From assembly GCA_900320095.1 (NCBI GenBank), contig ONQZ01000001.1:19174-83173 (forward strand): a stretch of DNA of 64,000 nt. The letters are read 5' to 3'. The stretch is from an uncultured Lentisphaerota bacterium (GTDB lineage: Bacteria > Verrucomicrobiota > Lentisphaeria > Victivallales > UBA1829). The notes under the pieces were generated by a model. The model was given only the letters and a program-made list of their open reading frames with translations. It was not told where the DNA came from and made no database searches. Made by a program: the position numbers and the translations under genes. This document shows, piece by piece, positions 34,981 through 43,695 of this stretch (positions are counted from its first letter, which is position 1; each line of letters opens with the position of its first letter).

Positions 34981-34987
34981 GCCAGTT

Positions 34988-35368
34988 TTATTTCGGCTTG
35001 AAGACCTTGGAATCGAGCGACCGGATGCTCCGGAAATGCTTCTGATTGGCGCTGCACAGCGTGAGGGAATGCTCGCATGCTGTCGCAAAGACGAGCGCGT
35101 CGGCGAGCTGGATGCCGGAGCGCAGCGCGTGTTCCTCAATGAAGATCACGGCGCGGTGCGAGATCGCCTCCGTGATCGGCAGGACGGTGAAATCCAGGGC
35201 GTTCAGGAACTGCTTGATCAGGCTCTGTTCCTGTCTGCTCCGTGCGCCTTGCATCAGCTCCATGTAATTGACTGCGGAGATGAAGCGGTTTTCGTCATCG
35301 TCGATCTCCTTCGCCGCCTTCTTCGAGCCGCGAAGCGCCCAGATCAGGACATCCGTATCGAACAGCAT
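34988..35368 (-). CDS. vapC: PIN-domain ribonuclease toxin VapC
   Basis: Start at ATG 35368 (MLFDTDVLIW). Acidic PIN residues are in FDTD, YMELMQG and LADALVFATA, plus SANQKHF. 126 aa. Confidence 0.8.
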   Translation of the reverse strand: MLFDTDVLIWALRGSKKAAKEIDDDENRFISAVNYMELMQGARSRQEQSLIKQFLNALDFTVLPITEAISHRAVIFIEEHALRSGIQLADALVFATACEHSLTLCSANQKHFRSIRSLDSKVFKPK

Positions 35369-35613
35369 CAGCGGAACCTCGGTTTGCGGATCGTTTCCAC
35401 GTAGGCGGCGGGATCGGCCATATCGGGGCGGTCGCTCCACATGCCGAACGCGGCAAGATCGGCGGTTTTGACCTTTGCCTTCTTCGTCTGGGCAAGAGGA
35501 ACGATGACGGCGCGGCGTTTCCCGCGATGCGTGAGCGTGACCGTTTCGTGGCGGTCGATGGCCGTCATGACCTCGCGCATTCTTTTTCTGAGATCCAGGA
35601 CACTTGCTTCCAT
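35368..35613 (-). CDS. Phd/YefM-type antitoxin
   Basis: Start at ATG 35613 with AAGGAGG upstream (MEASVLDLRKRMREVMTAIDRHETVTLTHRGKRRAVIVPL). Its stop shares 1 nt with the vapC ATG (TGATG). Confidence 0.7.
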   Translation of the reverse strand: MEASVLDLRKRMREVMTAIDRHETVTLTHRGKRRAVIVPLAQTKKAKVKTADLAAFGMWSDRPDMADPAAYVETIRKPRFR

Positions 35614-35707
35614 GGTTCGCCTCCTTTGAAAGTGTACACTTGTACTATACACTTCTTTTGCGAAAATGCAAGCGGAAATCCTGTGTTTTTTCGGGATGAG
35701 CGGGAAA

Positions 35708-37507
35708 TCAGTACGTCAGCTCGTTCATGGAGAACGGCTTGAACGACTTGATCTTCCGTTCGCGCGCGGCGGGGTCGACGGAGAGGTATTTCCAGCGGTT
35801 GAACGCGAAATCGTGCGGCATGTAGCCGGAGAGCCATTCGTGCGCCATCACGAAGCACATGGTGTGCGTCTCGAAGATCCAGGGGCATTCCCCCTGCAGG
35901 AACCGGATCATTTCGCGCGATTTCGCGGCGTATTTGGCGGGATCGGAGATAGCGAGGAATTCGCGGTACATGGCGTCGTACTCCGCCGAACGGTAGTTCA
36001 CGCGGTTGCAGCCGCCGGCGTTCTCGCCGTAGAAGAGCTGGAGGAAGTTTTCGGCGTCGGGGTAGTCGGCGGTCCAGGAGTAACGGAAGAGCTGGATGCT
36101 GCCCGCGCGGAGTTTCTGCACGAAGCGCGGCCAGGTATTGAACTCCGGCTGAATCTCGATGCCGATCTCCGCCATGTCGTTCGCCATGAGCTCGGCGGTC
36201 TGGCGGTAGAACGTGTCGCTGCCGGTCTGGTCGAACGTGATCACGAGCGCGCGCCCGGTCTTCGGGTCGATGCCGTCCTTGTATCCGGCGAGTTCGAGCT
36301 CGCGTTTCGCGGCGGCGATGTCGCGATGGCCGAGCTCGGGATGCGGCTCCGTGACCGCGCCCGGGACGCCCGGCGGGACCGGCCCGTAGGCGGCGGAGAA
36401 CCGGCTCCCGGAGTGTTCAATGCGGCGTTCGCGGTCGAATGCGAGCGTGATGGCGCGCCGGAGGTGCGGATTGTTTCCGAGGAGCGGATCGGTGAAGTTG
36501 AAGCCGATGTAGTTGGTCTCGAGCTGGGGACGGGAGAGCAGACGGATGCCGCGTCCGCGCAGCGCGGGCGACAGCTGCAGGTCCTTGTTCACGACCGCCT
36601 CGAAACACTCGCTGTCCGGCACGTACAGGTCCAGGCGGCCTTGCAGGAACATCAGCCACGAGGCGAGGGGCTGTTTCACGAGGTAGCAGGAAATGCGGTC
36701 GGCGGCAGGGAGCGTGCGACCGTCGGACTCCGCGTGGTAGCCGTCGTAGCGCGCCATTTCGATGATGTAATCCTTCTCCCAGCGGGTCAGGCGGAACGGC
36801 CCGGATCCCTGCGGATGGTCCGCGAAGTCGTCGCCGTAATGCTCCAGCGCGCGGCGGGAGACGACGGCGGTGTACGGCAGGGCGAGGGCGTACAGGAACC
36901 TCGGATCGGCTTTTTCCAGATGAATGACGAGCGTGCGGTCGTCCCTGATCTCCAGCCCTTCGCACAAGTCGTTGTAGGGCGAGAGATCGCCTTCGGCGGC
37001 GGCCTCCGTGCGTTTCCGGAACGCGTCAAGCCCGCGGATGCGGTCGCGGATCAGCCAGAATCCGGGCGAACGCAGCCGCGTGTCGGCGAGGCGCAGAATG
37101 GAGAACGCGATGTCGCGCGCGGTGATCTTCCGGGCGGATTTGTCTTCGTCCGCAAAAACGTCGCCGTCCTGGAAATAGAGGTCGTCGCGGAGTGTGCAGG
37201 TGTAGGCCGTGCCGTCGGCCGAGACTTCCGGCATGGACGTCAGCATGCAAGGTTCGAGCAGGTATTCGCCCTCGGCGTAACGGTATTGCAGGAGCGTGTC
37301 GTAGAACGCGCCGCAGACGTACTGGCTGGTGGTGTCGGCGGCGAGCGCGGGATCAAGCGTGTTGATCTGCTTGCCAAGGCTCATCACCACGCGTTTTTCC
37401 GTGGCGGCGTCCCGGTCGCCGTCTCCGCAGGCGCAGAGGACCAGGAAAAGCGGACACAGCAGGGCCGCGTACAGAAAACGGCGCATTGAGGGGAAAACTG
37501 TGTTCAT
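35708..37507 (-). CDS. ABC transporter substrate-binding lipoprotein, family 5 (peptide/nickel, OppA/DppA-like)
   Basis: Lipobox LVLCACG. INTLDPALAADTTSQYVCGAFYDTLLQY plus overall length and pattern match SBP_bac_5 proteins. Confidence 0.8.
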   Translation of the reverse strand: MNTVFPSMRRFLYAALLCPLFLVLCACGDGDRDAATEKRVVMSLGKQINTLDPALAADTTSQYVCGAFYDTLLQYRYAEGEYLLEPCMLTSMPEVSADGTAYTCTLRDDLYFQDGDVFADEDKSARKITARDIAFSILRLADTRLRSPGFWLIRDRIRGLDAFRKRTEAAAEGDLSPYNDLCEGLEIRDDRTLVIHLEKADPRFLYALALPYTAVVSRRALEHYGDDFADHPQGSGPFRLTRWEKDYIIEMARYDGYHAESDGRTLPAADRISCYLVKQPLASWLMFLQGRLDLYVPDSECFEAVVNKDLQLSPALRGRGIRLLSRPQLETNYIGFNFTDPLLGNNPHLRRAITLAFDRERRIEHSGSRFSAAYGPVPPGVPGAVTEPHPELGHRDIAAAKRELELAGYKDGIDPKTGRALVITFDQTGSDTFYRQTAELMANDMAEIGIEIQPEFNTWPRFVQKLRAGSIQLFRYSWTADYPDAENFLQLFYGENAGGCNRVNYRSAEYDAMYREFLAISDPAKYAAKSREMIRFLQGECPWIFETHTMCFVMAHEWLSGYMPHDFAFNRWKYLSVDPAARERKIKSFKPFSMNELTY

Positions 37508-38034
37508 TCTTCGTCCAAACCTCCGCCTTCCTCGCGCATCCAGCGGTCCGCGGCATTGATGGCGTCTTCGTATGAAAAACCGCGACCTACGAGACAGCGC
37601 ACGGCCTTCGCCTTGCGTTTGCGCACATCGGGTTCGCGGCGGAACTGCGCGGCTTTCCGGTGAAGTACGGCAAAGGCGTTGTCGCCGTCCTCGGACTGCC
37701 CGGAATCCGATTCGCAGCTGTTTTCCGGTTCATCCTCGTCCTTCCCGTCCAAAGTCTGCTCGATGATCTCCTGCGGGATGCCGCGTTTGCGGAGTGCCAT
37801 GCGGATGCGCGCCGGGCCGTATCCACGCGACCGGTAGGACCGCGCGACATCCTCGGCGAGGAAATCGTCGTGGAGCGCGCCCATGCGCTTGACCGCGAGG
37901 ACGGCATTGTCGATCTCGGCGGGCGAAAAGAGCTTTTTCGCGGCGAGTTTCGAGCGCAGTTCTGCGGTGGAGACGAGGCGTTTCGCAAGGATCTCCACTG
38001 CGGCGACGAGCGCGGTTTTCTTTTCGGGGGGCAT
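37504..38034 (-). CDS. recX: recombination regulator RecX
   Basis: Start trimmed to ATG 38034 (MPPEKKTALVAAVEILAKRLVSTAELRSKL). RecX-like helical repeats include SYRSRGYGPARIRMALRKRGIPQEII. 176 aa. Confidence 0.7.
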   Translation of the reverse strand: MPPEKKTALVAAVEILAKRLVSTAELRSKLAAKKLFSPAEIDNAVLAVKRMGALHDDFLAEDVARSYRSRGYGPARIRMALRKRGIPQEIIEQTLDGKDEDEPENSCESDSGQSEDGDNAFAVLHRKAAQFRREPDVRKRKAKAVRCLVGRGFSYEDAINAADRWMREEGGGLDEE

Positions 38035-38090
38035 GACCGGTTCCTTTTGCGTTGATTCAGGGGAAAAGATACACCGGAAACATGCGAAAA

Positions 38091-39416
38091 TCAACCCGGT
38101 TCGCCGATTATTTCGGCAAAAAGCGCGCCGACGGGGAGGAACCGCAGGAATTTCACGCGCAGGAGCTTGCGGGCGAGGTCCGATTCGCTGCTCACGATGG
38201 TGCGGACGTAGTTGCCGGACCAGCCGTCCCAGAGTTCCTTTTTGTTGCAGTTGGTCTCGATCAGGACGGCTCCGGTCGCGCCGACGAGGCTCTTCGCGAA
38301 CTTCTGCGCGCATTCCTCCTTCAGCGCCTTGAGCTGTTCGATGCGATCCGTGACGGCGGTCTTCTGCACCTTGTCCGGCATGGATGCCGCCGGGGTGCCG
38401 GAGCGCGGCGAATACGGGAAGATGTGAATGTTCGCGAAGTCCGTTTTGCGGAGAAACGCGAGCGATTCCTCGAAGTCGGCGGCGGTCTCGCCGGGGAACC
38501 CGACGATGATGTCCGTGCCGAGGTGGAGGTTCGGGATCGCAGCGCGGGCGTATGCGGCGTATTCGGCGAACTTCGCGGTGTCGCAGTGGCGGTTCATGGC
38601 CTTCAGAATCTTATCGCATCCGCTCTGAAGCGGCAGATGCAGGAACTCGCAGACCTTGGCCGCGTTGCGCTTCATGGCGTCGACGATGGGGAAGAGCTCG
38701 TCGCAGGGCTCGGTGGAACTCAGGCGGATGCGGAAGTCGCCGGGGATTTCGCACAGGCGGTCGATCAGCTCCGGCATCCCGACCTTGCCCGCCTTGTAGT
38801 GGCAGGTGTTCACGCCGGTCAGCACGATCTCGTGGAATCCGTCGGCGACCGCCTTTTTGAACTCGGCGGTGATCTCCTTCAGGTCGCGCGAACGCTCCGG
38901 GCCGCGCGCGGTCGGGACGATGCAGTACGAACAGCTGTTGTTGCAGCCCTCCTGCACCTTGATGAACGCGCGCGAGCGGAACGGGAACACGCCCTGCGCC
39001 TGTTCGGCGAAGATGCCCTTCGCGAGTTTCGGCGCGGCGGGCGCTTCGCGTTTTTCCAGCAGCGCGAGATACTGGGGCAGGATCGTTTCGATGTCCTTCT
39101 TCTGCTCGTTGGTGAGCACGAGATCGATGTCCTGGTTCTGTTCCAGCTCGTCCTTGCTCACGTCCGCGGCGCATCCGGTGAAGACGATGAACGACTGCGG
39201 ATTTTCCGCCCGGATCGAGCGGAGCGCCTGCTTGCTTTTCTTGTAGGCCGTCTCGGTGACCGTGCAGGAGTTGACGAGGATGAGGTTCGGACTGCTGGAC
39301 GCGTCCGGGGAAACGATCTGGAATCCGAGGCGGATGAGTCTGTCGTTCAGAAGCGCGCTGTCGGCCTGGTTGAGCCGGCAGCCAAGTGTGATGACCGCTG
39401 CTGTGATCGGTTTCAT
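38091..39416 (-). CDS. mtaB: radical-SAM methylthiotransferase, MtaB/MiaB-like
   Basis: UPF0004 N-domain Cys residues (TLGCRLNQADS, VNSCTVT, TGCAA). Radical-SAM CNNSCSYC. C-terminal TRAM-like region. Confidence 0.8.
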   Translation of the reverse strand: MKPITAAVITLGCRLNQADSALLNDRLIRLGFQIVSPDASSSPNLILVNSCTVTETAYKKSKQALRSIRAENPQSFIVFTGCAADVSKDELEQNQDIDLVLTNEQKKDIETILPQYLALLEKREAPAAPKLAKGIFAEQAQGVFPFRSRAFIKVQEGCNNSCSYCIVPTARGPERSRDLKEITAEFKKAVADGFHEIVLTGVNTCHYKAGKVGMPELIDRLCEIPGDFRIRLSSTEPCDELFPIVDAMKRNAAKVCEFLHLPLQSGCDKILKAMNRHCDTAKFAEYAAYARAAIPNLHLGTDIIVGFPGETAADFEESLAFLRKTDFANIHIFPYSPRSGTPAASMPDKVQKTAVTDRIEQLKALKEECAQKFAKSLVGATGAVLIETNCNKKELWDGWSGNYVRTIVSSESDLARKLLRVKFLRFLPVGALFAEIIGEPG

Positions 39417-39514
39417 GTTATGTTGCTATGAGAAACTATGAAGTGAATTGCAGTAAAAGAAGCCCCTGCCGAAGCGTGCGCCCCGGCGGTTCGAGCGGAG
39501 TGTGAGGGTTCGGA

Positions 39515-40801
39515 TCAGGAACGGATCTGGCCCGTACCGTAGATCTTGTACTTGTAGGAGGTGAGCTCGACCAGGCCCATCGGGCCGCGCGCATGGAACT
39601 TGTCCGTGCTGATGCCCATTTCCGCGCCCATGCCGAACTCGCCGCCGTCGGTGAACCGCGTGGAGGCGTTCCAGTACACGGCCGCGGAATCGACGTTGTC
39701 CAGGAAGAACTGCGCGTTCGCCTCGTCTGTCGTGAGGATGCTGTCGCTGTGGCCGGAACCGTAACGGTTGATGTGGTCGACGGCTTTCTTCACGCCGTCC
39801 ACGATGCCGACCGTGACGTCGAGCGATCCGTATTCCTTCGGCCAGTCCTCTTCGGTGGCGGGGACGACCGCGACGGGCGCGGCGAGCTTCATGAAAGCTT
39901 CATCTCCGTGCATGGTCACGCCGAGCTGAGCGAGCCTCGCGGCGAGTTTCGGCGCGAATTCGGGCGCGATCGAGGCATCGATGAGGATGGTCTCCAGCGC
40001 GTTGCAGACGCTCGGGCGCTGGCACTTGGCGTTTTCGATGATCGTAAGCGCCTGGTCCTGGTCGCAGACATGGTCCACGAAGATGTGGCACACGCCCTTG
40101 TAATGCTTGATGACGGGCATCGTGGCTTGTTCCACCACGGCGCGGATCAGACGTTCGCCACCGCGGGGGATGACCATATTGATGCAGTCGTTCATCTTCA
40201 GCATGGCGGAGACCGCGGCATGTCCCTTGAACGGCACGAGCTGGAGCGCACCCTCGGGCATGCCGGCGGCGACGCCCGCATCGGAGATGCACTTCGCGAA
40301 GGCGGAGTTCGAACGGAACGCCTCGCCGCCGCCGCGCAGGATGACCGCGTTGCCGGATTTGATGCAGAGTCCGGCTGCGTCAACCGTCACGTTCGGGCGG
40401 GATTCGTAGATGATTGCGATCACGCCGATCGGCACGGAGACCTTGTCGATGCGGAGTCCGTTCGGGCGTGTGACGCTGGAGAGGATGCGGCCGACCGGAT
40501 CGTCAAGCCCGGCCACATGGCGCAGGGCGTCCGCCACGTCCTTGACGCGTTTCGGCGTCAGGGTGAGGCGTTCCAGTTTCGGCGCGTCCAGGCCGTTCTG
40601 CCTCGCTTCCGCCAGGTCTTCGGCGTTGGCGGCAAGGATGATTTCCGTGTCGCGTTCGAGCGCATCGGCCATCTCCAGCAGCCAGCGAGAACGGCTGGCG
40701 GAATCGGAGACGGCGAGCGCACGGGAGGCGCGGAGGGCGCGGAGGCCCAGCTCGTGCATCGCTTCCCGCATGTCGGCTTCGTTGTTTGTTTCGCAGATCA
40801 T
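39515..40801 (-). CDS. proA: glutamate-5-semialdehyde dehydrogenase
   Basis: IGVIAIIYESRPNVTVDAAGLCIKSGNAVILRGG, VCNALETILID, GSGHSDSILT. 428 aa. Confidence 0.95.
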   Translation of the reverse strand: MICETNNEADMREAMHELGLRALRASRALAVSDSASRSRWLLEMADALERDTEIILAANAEDLAEARQNGLDAPKLERLTLTPKRVKDVADALRHVAGLDDPVGRILSSVTRPNGLRIDKVSVPIGVIAIIYESRPNVTVDAAGLCIKSGNAVILRGGGEAFRSNSAFAKCISDAGVAAGMPEGALQLVPFKGHAAVSAMLKMNDCINMVIPRGGERLIRAVVEQATMPVIKHYKGVCHIFVDHVCDQDQALTIIENAKCQRPSVCNALETILIDASIAPEFAPKLAARLAQLGVTMHGDEAFMKLAAPVAVVPATEEDWPKEYGSLDVTVGIVDGVKKAVDHINRYGSGHSDSILTTDEANAQFFLDNVDSAAVYWNASTRFTDGGEFGMGAEMGISTDKFHARGPMGLVELTSYKYKIYGTGQIRS

Positions 40802-40950
40802 CTGATAACCTTGAGGTTTGGTGCGCCGGAAGCGGCTGTGTGCGGCCCGGTTCCCGGCGCGGCGGCCCCGTTGCGCGGGACCCCGTGTGAAAGATTGTGC
40901 ATTATAAGATACTTATCCTTGCCGGATTTGCAAATCAAAACATTAAAAAT

Positions 40951-42810
40951 TTATATGTTTTTCCCCTGAAACGACAGCATCAGCAGGGAAAACAGCAGGT
41001 AGGAACGGTCTTTTCCGCCAGTCTGATGTTCGTCGATGAGGCGTTCCACGGCGGCGCGGTCGAACATCGGCCATCGTTCCGGCAGTCCGTCCAGCAGGGC
41101 GGAACGCAGACGGTCATGCCAGACCGTGCGGAACCACGCCGCCACCGGCACGCCGAATCCGCGTTTGCGGCGTTCAGCAAGACCGGGCGGCAGCTCTTTT
41201 GCGAACGTGTCGCCGAGGATGCGTTTGCGGCGGCCGTCATGAATCTTAAACGAGACAGGGAGGGAACGCGCGAACTTGGAGACCTTCGGGTCCAGGAACG
41301 GATTACGCACCTCAAGCGAGGCCGCCATGGAGCAGACATCGACCTTCGTCAGCACGTCGCCGGGCAGGTAACGGCGCAGATCGTCCTCCATCAGCGACGC
41401 CATGAGCTCCGCCGTCTCCGGCAAAGTGCGTTTTGTGTTCAGGTGCGGACGGAGATCCGGCGCGATCATGCCGATGGAATCCGCCGCGAAATGTGTCATC
41501 AGGGCGTCGTAGCGCGCACCCGTGCCGGAGACCGCGCCGAGCCGCAGGAACCGTTTCAGACGTCCGGCTCTGCTTCGTTCGCCCGAATCCGGCAGGCACG
41601 CCGCCGCAGCGCTCCAGAGGAAACCCGGCGCGAACGACCGGAGGTTCTGAAGCAAGTCCACCGCGCGGTAGCGTTCGTATCCGCCGAACAGCTCGTCCGC
41701 GCCGTCGCCGCTCAGCGCCACGGTCACGTGTTCGCGGGCGAATGCCGCCAGGAAATACGACGGCAGCATGGACGCGTCCGCGTAGGGTTCGCCGAATTCG
41801 GCGGCGAGTTTAGGCAGCAGATCGAAGTCCTGCGGCTGGACGGTCCTGATATGGTGGTGCAGACCGTGAGGCGCGAGCGTCGCGAGATGCGCCGCCGTCG
41901 CCTTGCAGTCGGCGCTTTCGTCGTAGCGCGGATCGTCGAACCCGATGGAGAAGCATTCCAGCGGAGCGGTCGAATGCCGCGCCGCAAGCGCCGTTACGAC
42001 GGCGGAATCCAGTCCCCCGGACAGGAAGACGCCCAGCGGCACGTCGGCGTTCAGACGGCGTTTCACGGCTTCGGAAAGCAGAGTCCGTACATGTTCGCAG
42101 GCGTCCTCATAAGAAATCGTCTCCGGTTTGATCTGAATTTGCGCGCCCCAGTCGATCTCGGGCATCGCGCCCGTTTCCAGCTGAAACTCGACCGCGGTAC
42201 CGGGGAGCAGTTTTCTTACGCCCTCGCGGATCGTGGCGGGCGCCGGGATGTACTGGAACGCCAGATAGTCGGCGAGCGCCGGAAGCGAAATCTGATCCGG
42301 ACAGCCCGGACAGAGCGTGAGCGTTGCGAACCGGCTCGCGAATCCGAATTCCCCGGTCGGGAGATGGAAATAGTACAGCGGTTTCACGCCGTGGCAGTCG
42401 CGCGCCAGCAGGAGCGTTTTTCCCTCGGCATCGTAAAAAGCGAATGCAAAGAAGCCGTTGAGGCGCGGAAGACAATTCGCGCCCTCGCGGATCAGAAGTT
42501 TCAGCAGGACTTCCGTGTCGGATTTCGTGCGGAAGGCTTCGCCCGCCTGTTCCAGCTCGGCGCGAAGCTCGCGGAAATTGAAGATCTCGCCGTTGAAGAC
42601 GAGCGTGTAACGTCCCTCGCCGCCGTGCATGGGCTGCGCGCCGCCGTCGAGGTCGATCACGGAGAGACGTGTATGGGCAAGCCCGAGCGCGCCGTCCAAA
42701 TACACGCCATGCGCGTCGGGCCCGCGCTGGCGCATCGTGCGGCACAGACTCTGCAGAAGCGCCTCGCCGGGCGGCGATTGCGGATTGAAACAGCCTGCGA
42801 TCCCGCACAT
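40951..42810 (-). CDS. asnB: asparagine synthase (glutamine-hydrolysing)
   Basis: MCGIAG N-terminal nucleophile, FNGEIFNFRELR, and PP-loop VFLSGGLDSAVV. 619 aa. Confidence 0.93.
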   Translation of the reverse strand: MCGIAGCFNPQSPPGEALLQSLCRTMRQRGPDAHGVYLDGALGLAHTRLSVIDLDGGAQPMHGGEGRYTLVFNGEIFNFRELRAELEQAGEAFRTKSDTEVLLKLLIREGANCLPRLNGFFAFAFYDAEGKTLLLARDCHGVKPLYYFHLPTGEFGFASRFATLTLCPGCPDQISLPALADYLAFQYIPAPATIREGVRKLLPGTAVEFQLETGAMPEIDWGAQIQIKPETISYEDACEHVRTLLSEAVKRRLNADVPLGVFLSGGLDSAVVTALAARHSTAPLECFSIGFDDPRYDESADCKATAAHLATLAPHGLHHHIRTVQPQDFDLLPKLAAEFGEPYADASMLPSYFLAAFAREHVTVALSGDGADELFGGYERYRAVDLLQNLRSFAPGFLWSAAAACLPDSGERSRAGRLKRFLRLGAVSGTGARYDALMTHFAADSIGMIAPDLRPHLNTKRTLPETAELMASLMEDDLRRYLPGDVLTKVDVCSMAASLEVRNPFLDPKVSKFARSLPVSFKIHDGRRKRILGDTFAKELPPGLAERRKRGFGVPVAAWFRTVWHDRLRSALLDGLPERWPMFDRAAVERLIDEHQTGGKDRSYLLFSLLMLSFQGKNI

Positions 42811-42813
42811 GGG

Positions 42814-43695
42814 TCATTCCCCCTGCTTCGCAATCGGGATGTGCCGGGACTGCCGCCGGCGGAGTTCCGCCGCCTCGTAGTCCGCCTTCGCGCGCGGGAT
42901 GAAACACGCGTCGAGGAAGCGTTCGAGGATGATCTTCCGGGCGAGCTCGGACGGATGCAGCATGTCCTCGGCGTAGAACCGGTAGTCGCGCAGTTCGTCG
43001 TTCAGGATCTCGAACGCGGGGAAATACGCGCAGCCTTCGACCCTGGCGCAGACGTCCGCGGCGGCGGCGCGCAACCTCGCCTTCGAAAGCGAGTTCGTGG
43101 TCAGGTCGCCCGGATTGTGCCGCACGGGCGACAGCGTGATGACGATCGGGCATTTGGCGTTGTACGAACGTATGATCTCGCAGGCGTTGCGCATGGCGGC
43201 GCGGCAGGTGTCGTAGGACAGCACGGTCTGCTCGAACTCGCTGCCCGGCGCTTTGTGGCAGTTCGCGACCACGAGGCGTTCCGGCATGTGTTTGTAGACG
43301 ACCGCGGTGGACACGGTCATGAGGAAGAAATCGGCTTTTTTGAGCACGCGGCGGAACCGTTTGGCGGATTCGTTGGCGTTCGCGGCGCCCTCGGCGGCGC
43401 TTGCGGCGGAGAACGCCCCGTGATGCCGCCACGAATGCCACAGCCCGTTCAGTTCGAAGAAATCGCTCTCCGTGTAGCCGCATTCCAGCCGCTGCAGCGC
43501 GTCGTTGATGGAGTACGGATTGTACAGGATCCCGTTCGGGTTGATCATGCCGCGCATGCCGCTGTCGAGCAGCGTCAGGGCGATGTCCTGCGCGAAGCAC
43601 GAGCCGATGGCGGCGAGCGTGCCCTGCGCGCGGATCTTCGGGAACGGGAAAGTGTAGTTGACCGGGGTGTACGGAATGGAGCCGGATGAGTTCAT
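42814..43695 (-). CDS. GSCFA-domain protein
   Basis: Only the C-terminal 293 codons of the 959-aa track ORF are used. Start is ATG 43695 (MNSSGS..) in an ATGA overlap with the recD2 stop. The AIGSCFAQ motif gives the family its name. Confidence 0.75.
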   Translation of the reverse strand: MNSSGSIPYTPVNYTFPFPKIRAQGTLAAIGSCFAQDIALTLLDSGMRGMINPNGILYNPYSINDALQRLECGYTESDFFELNGLWHSWRHHGAFSAASAAEGAANANESAKRFRRVLKKADFFLMTVSTAVVYKHMPERLVVANCHKAPGSEFEQTVLSYDTCRAAMRNACEIIRSYNAKCPIVITLSPVRHNPGDLTTNSLSKARLRAAAADVCARVEGCAYFPAFEILNDELRDYRFYAEDMLHPSELARKIILERFLDACFIPRAKADYEAAELRRRQSRHIPIAKQGE

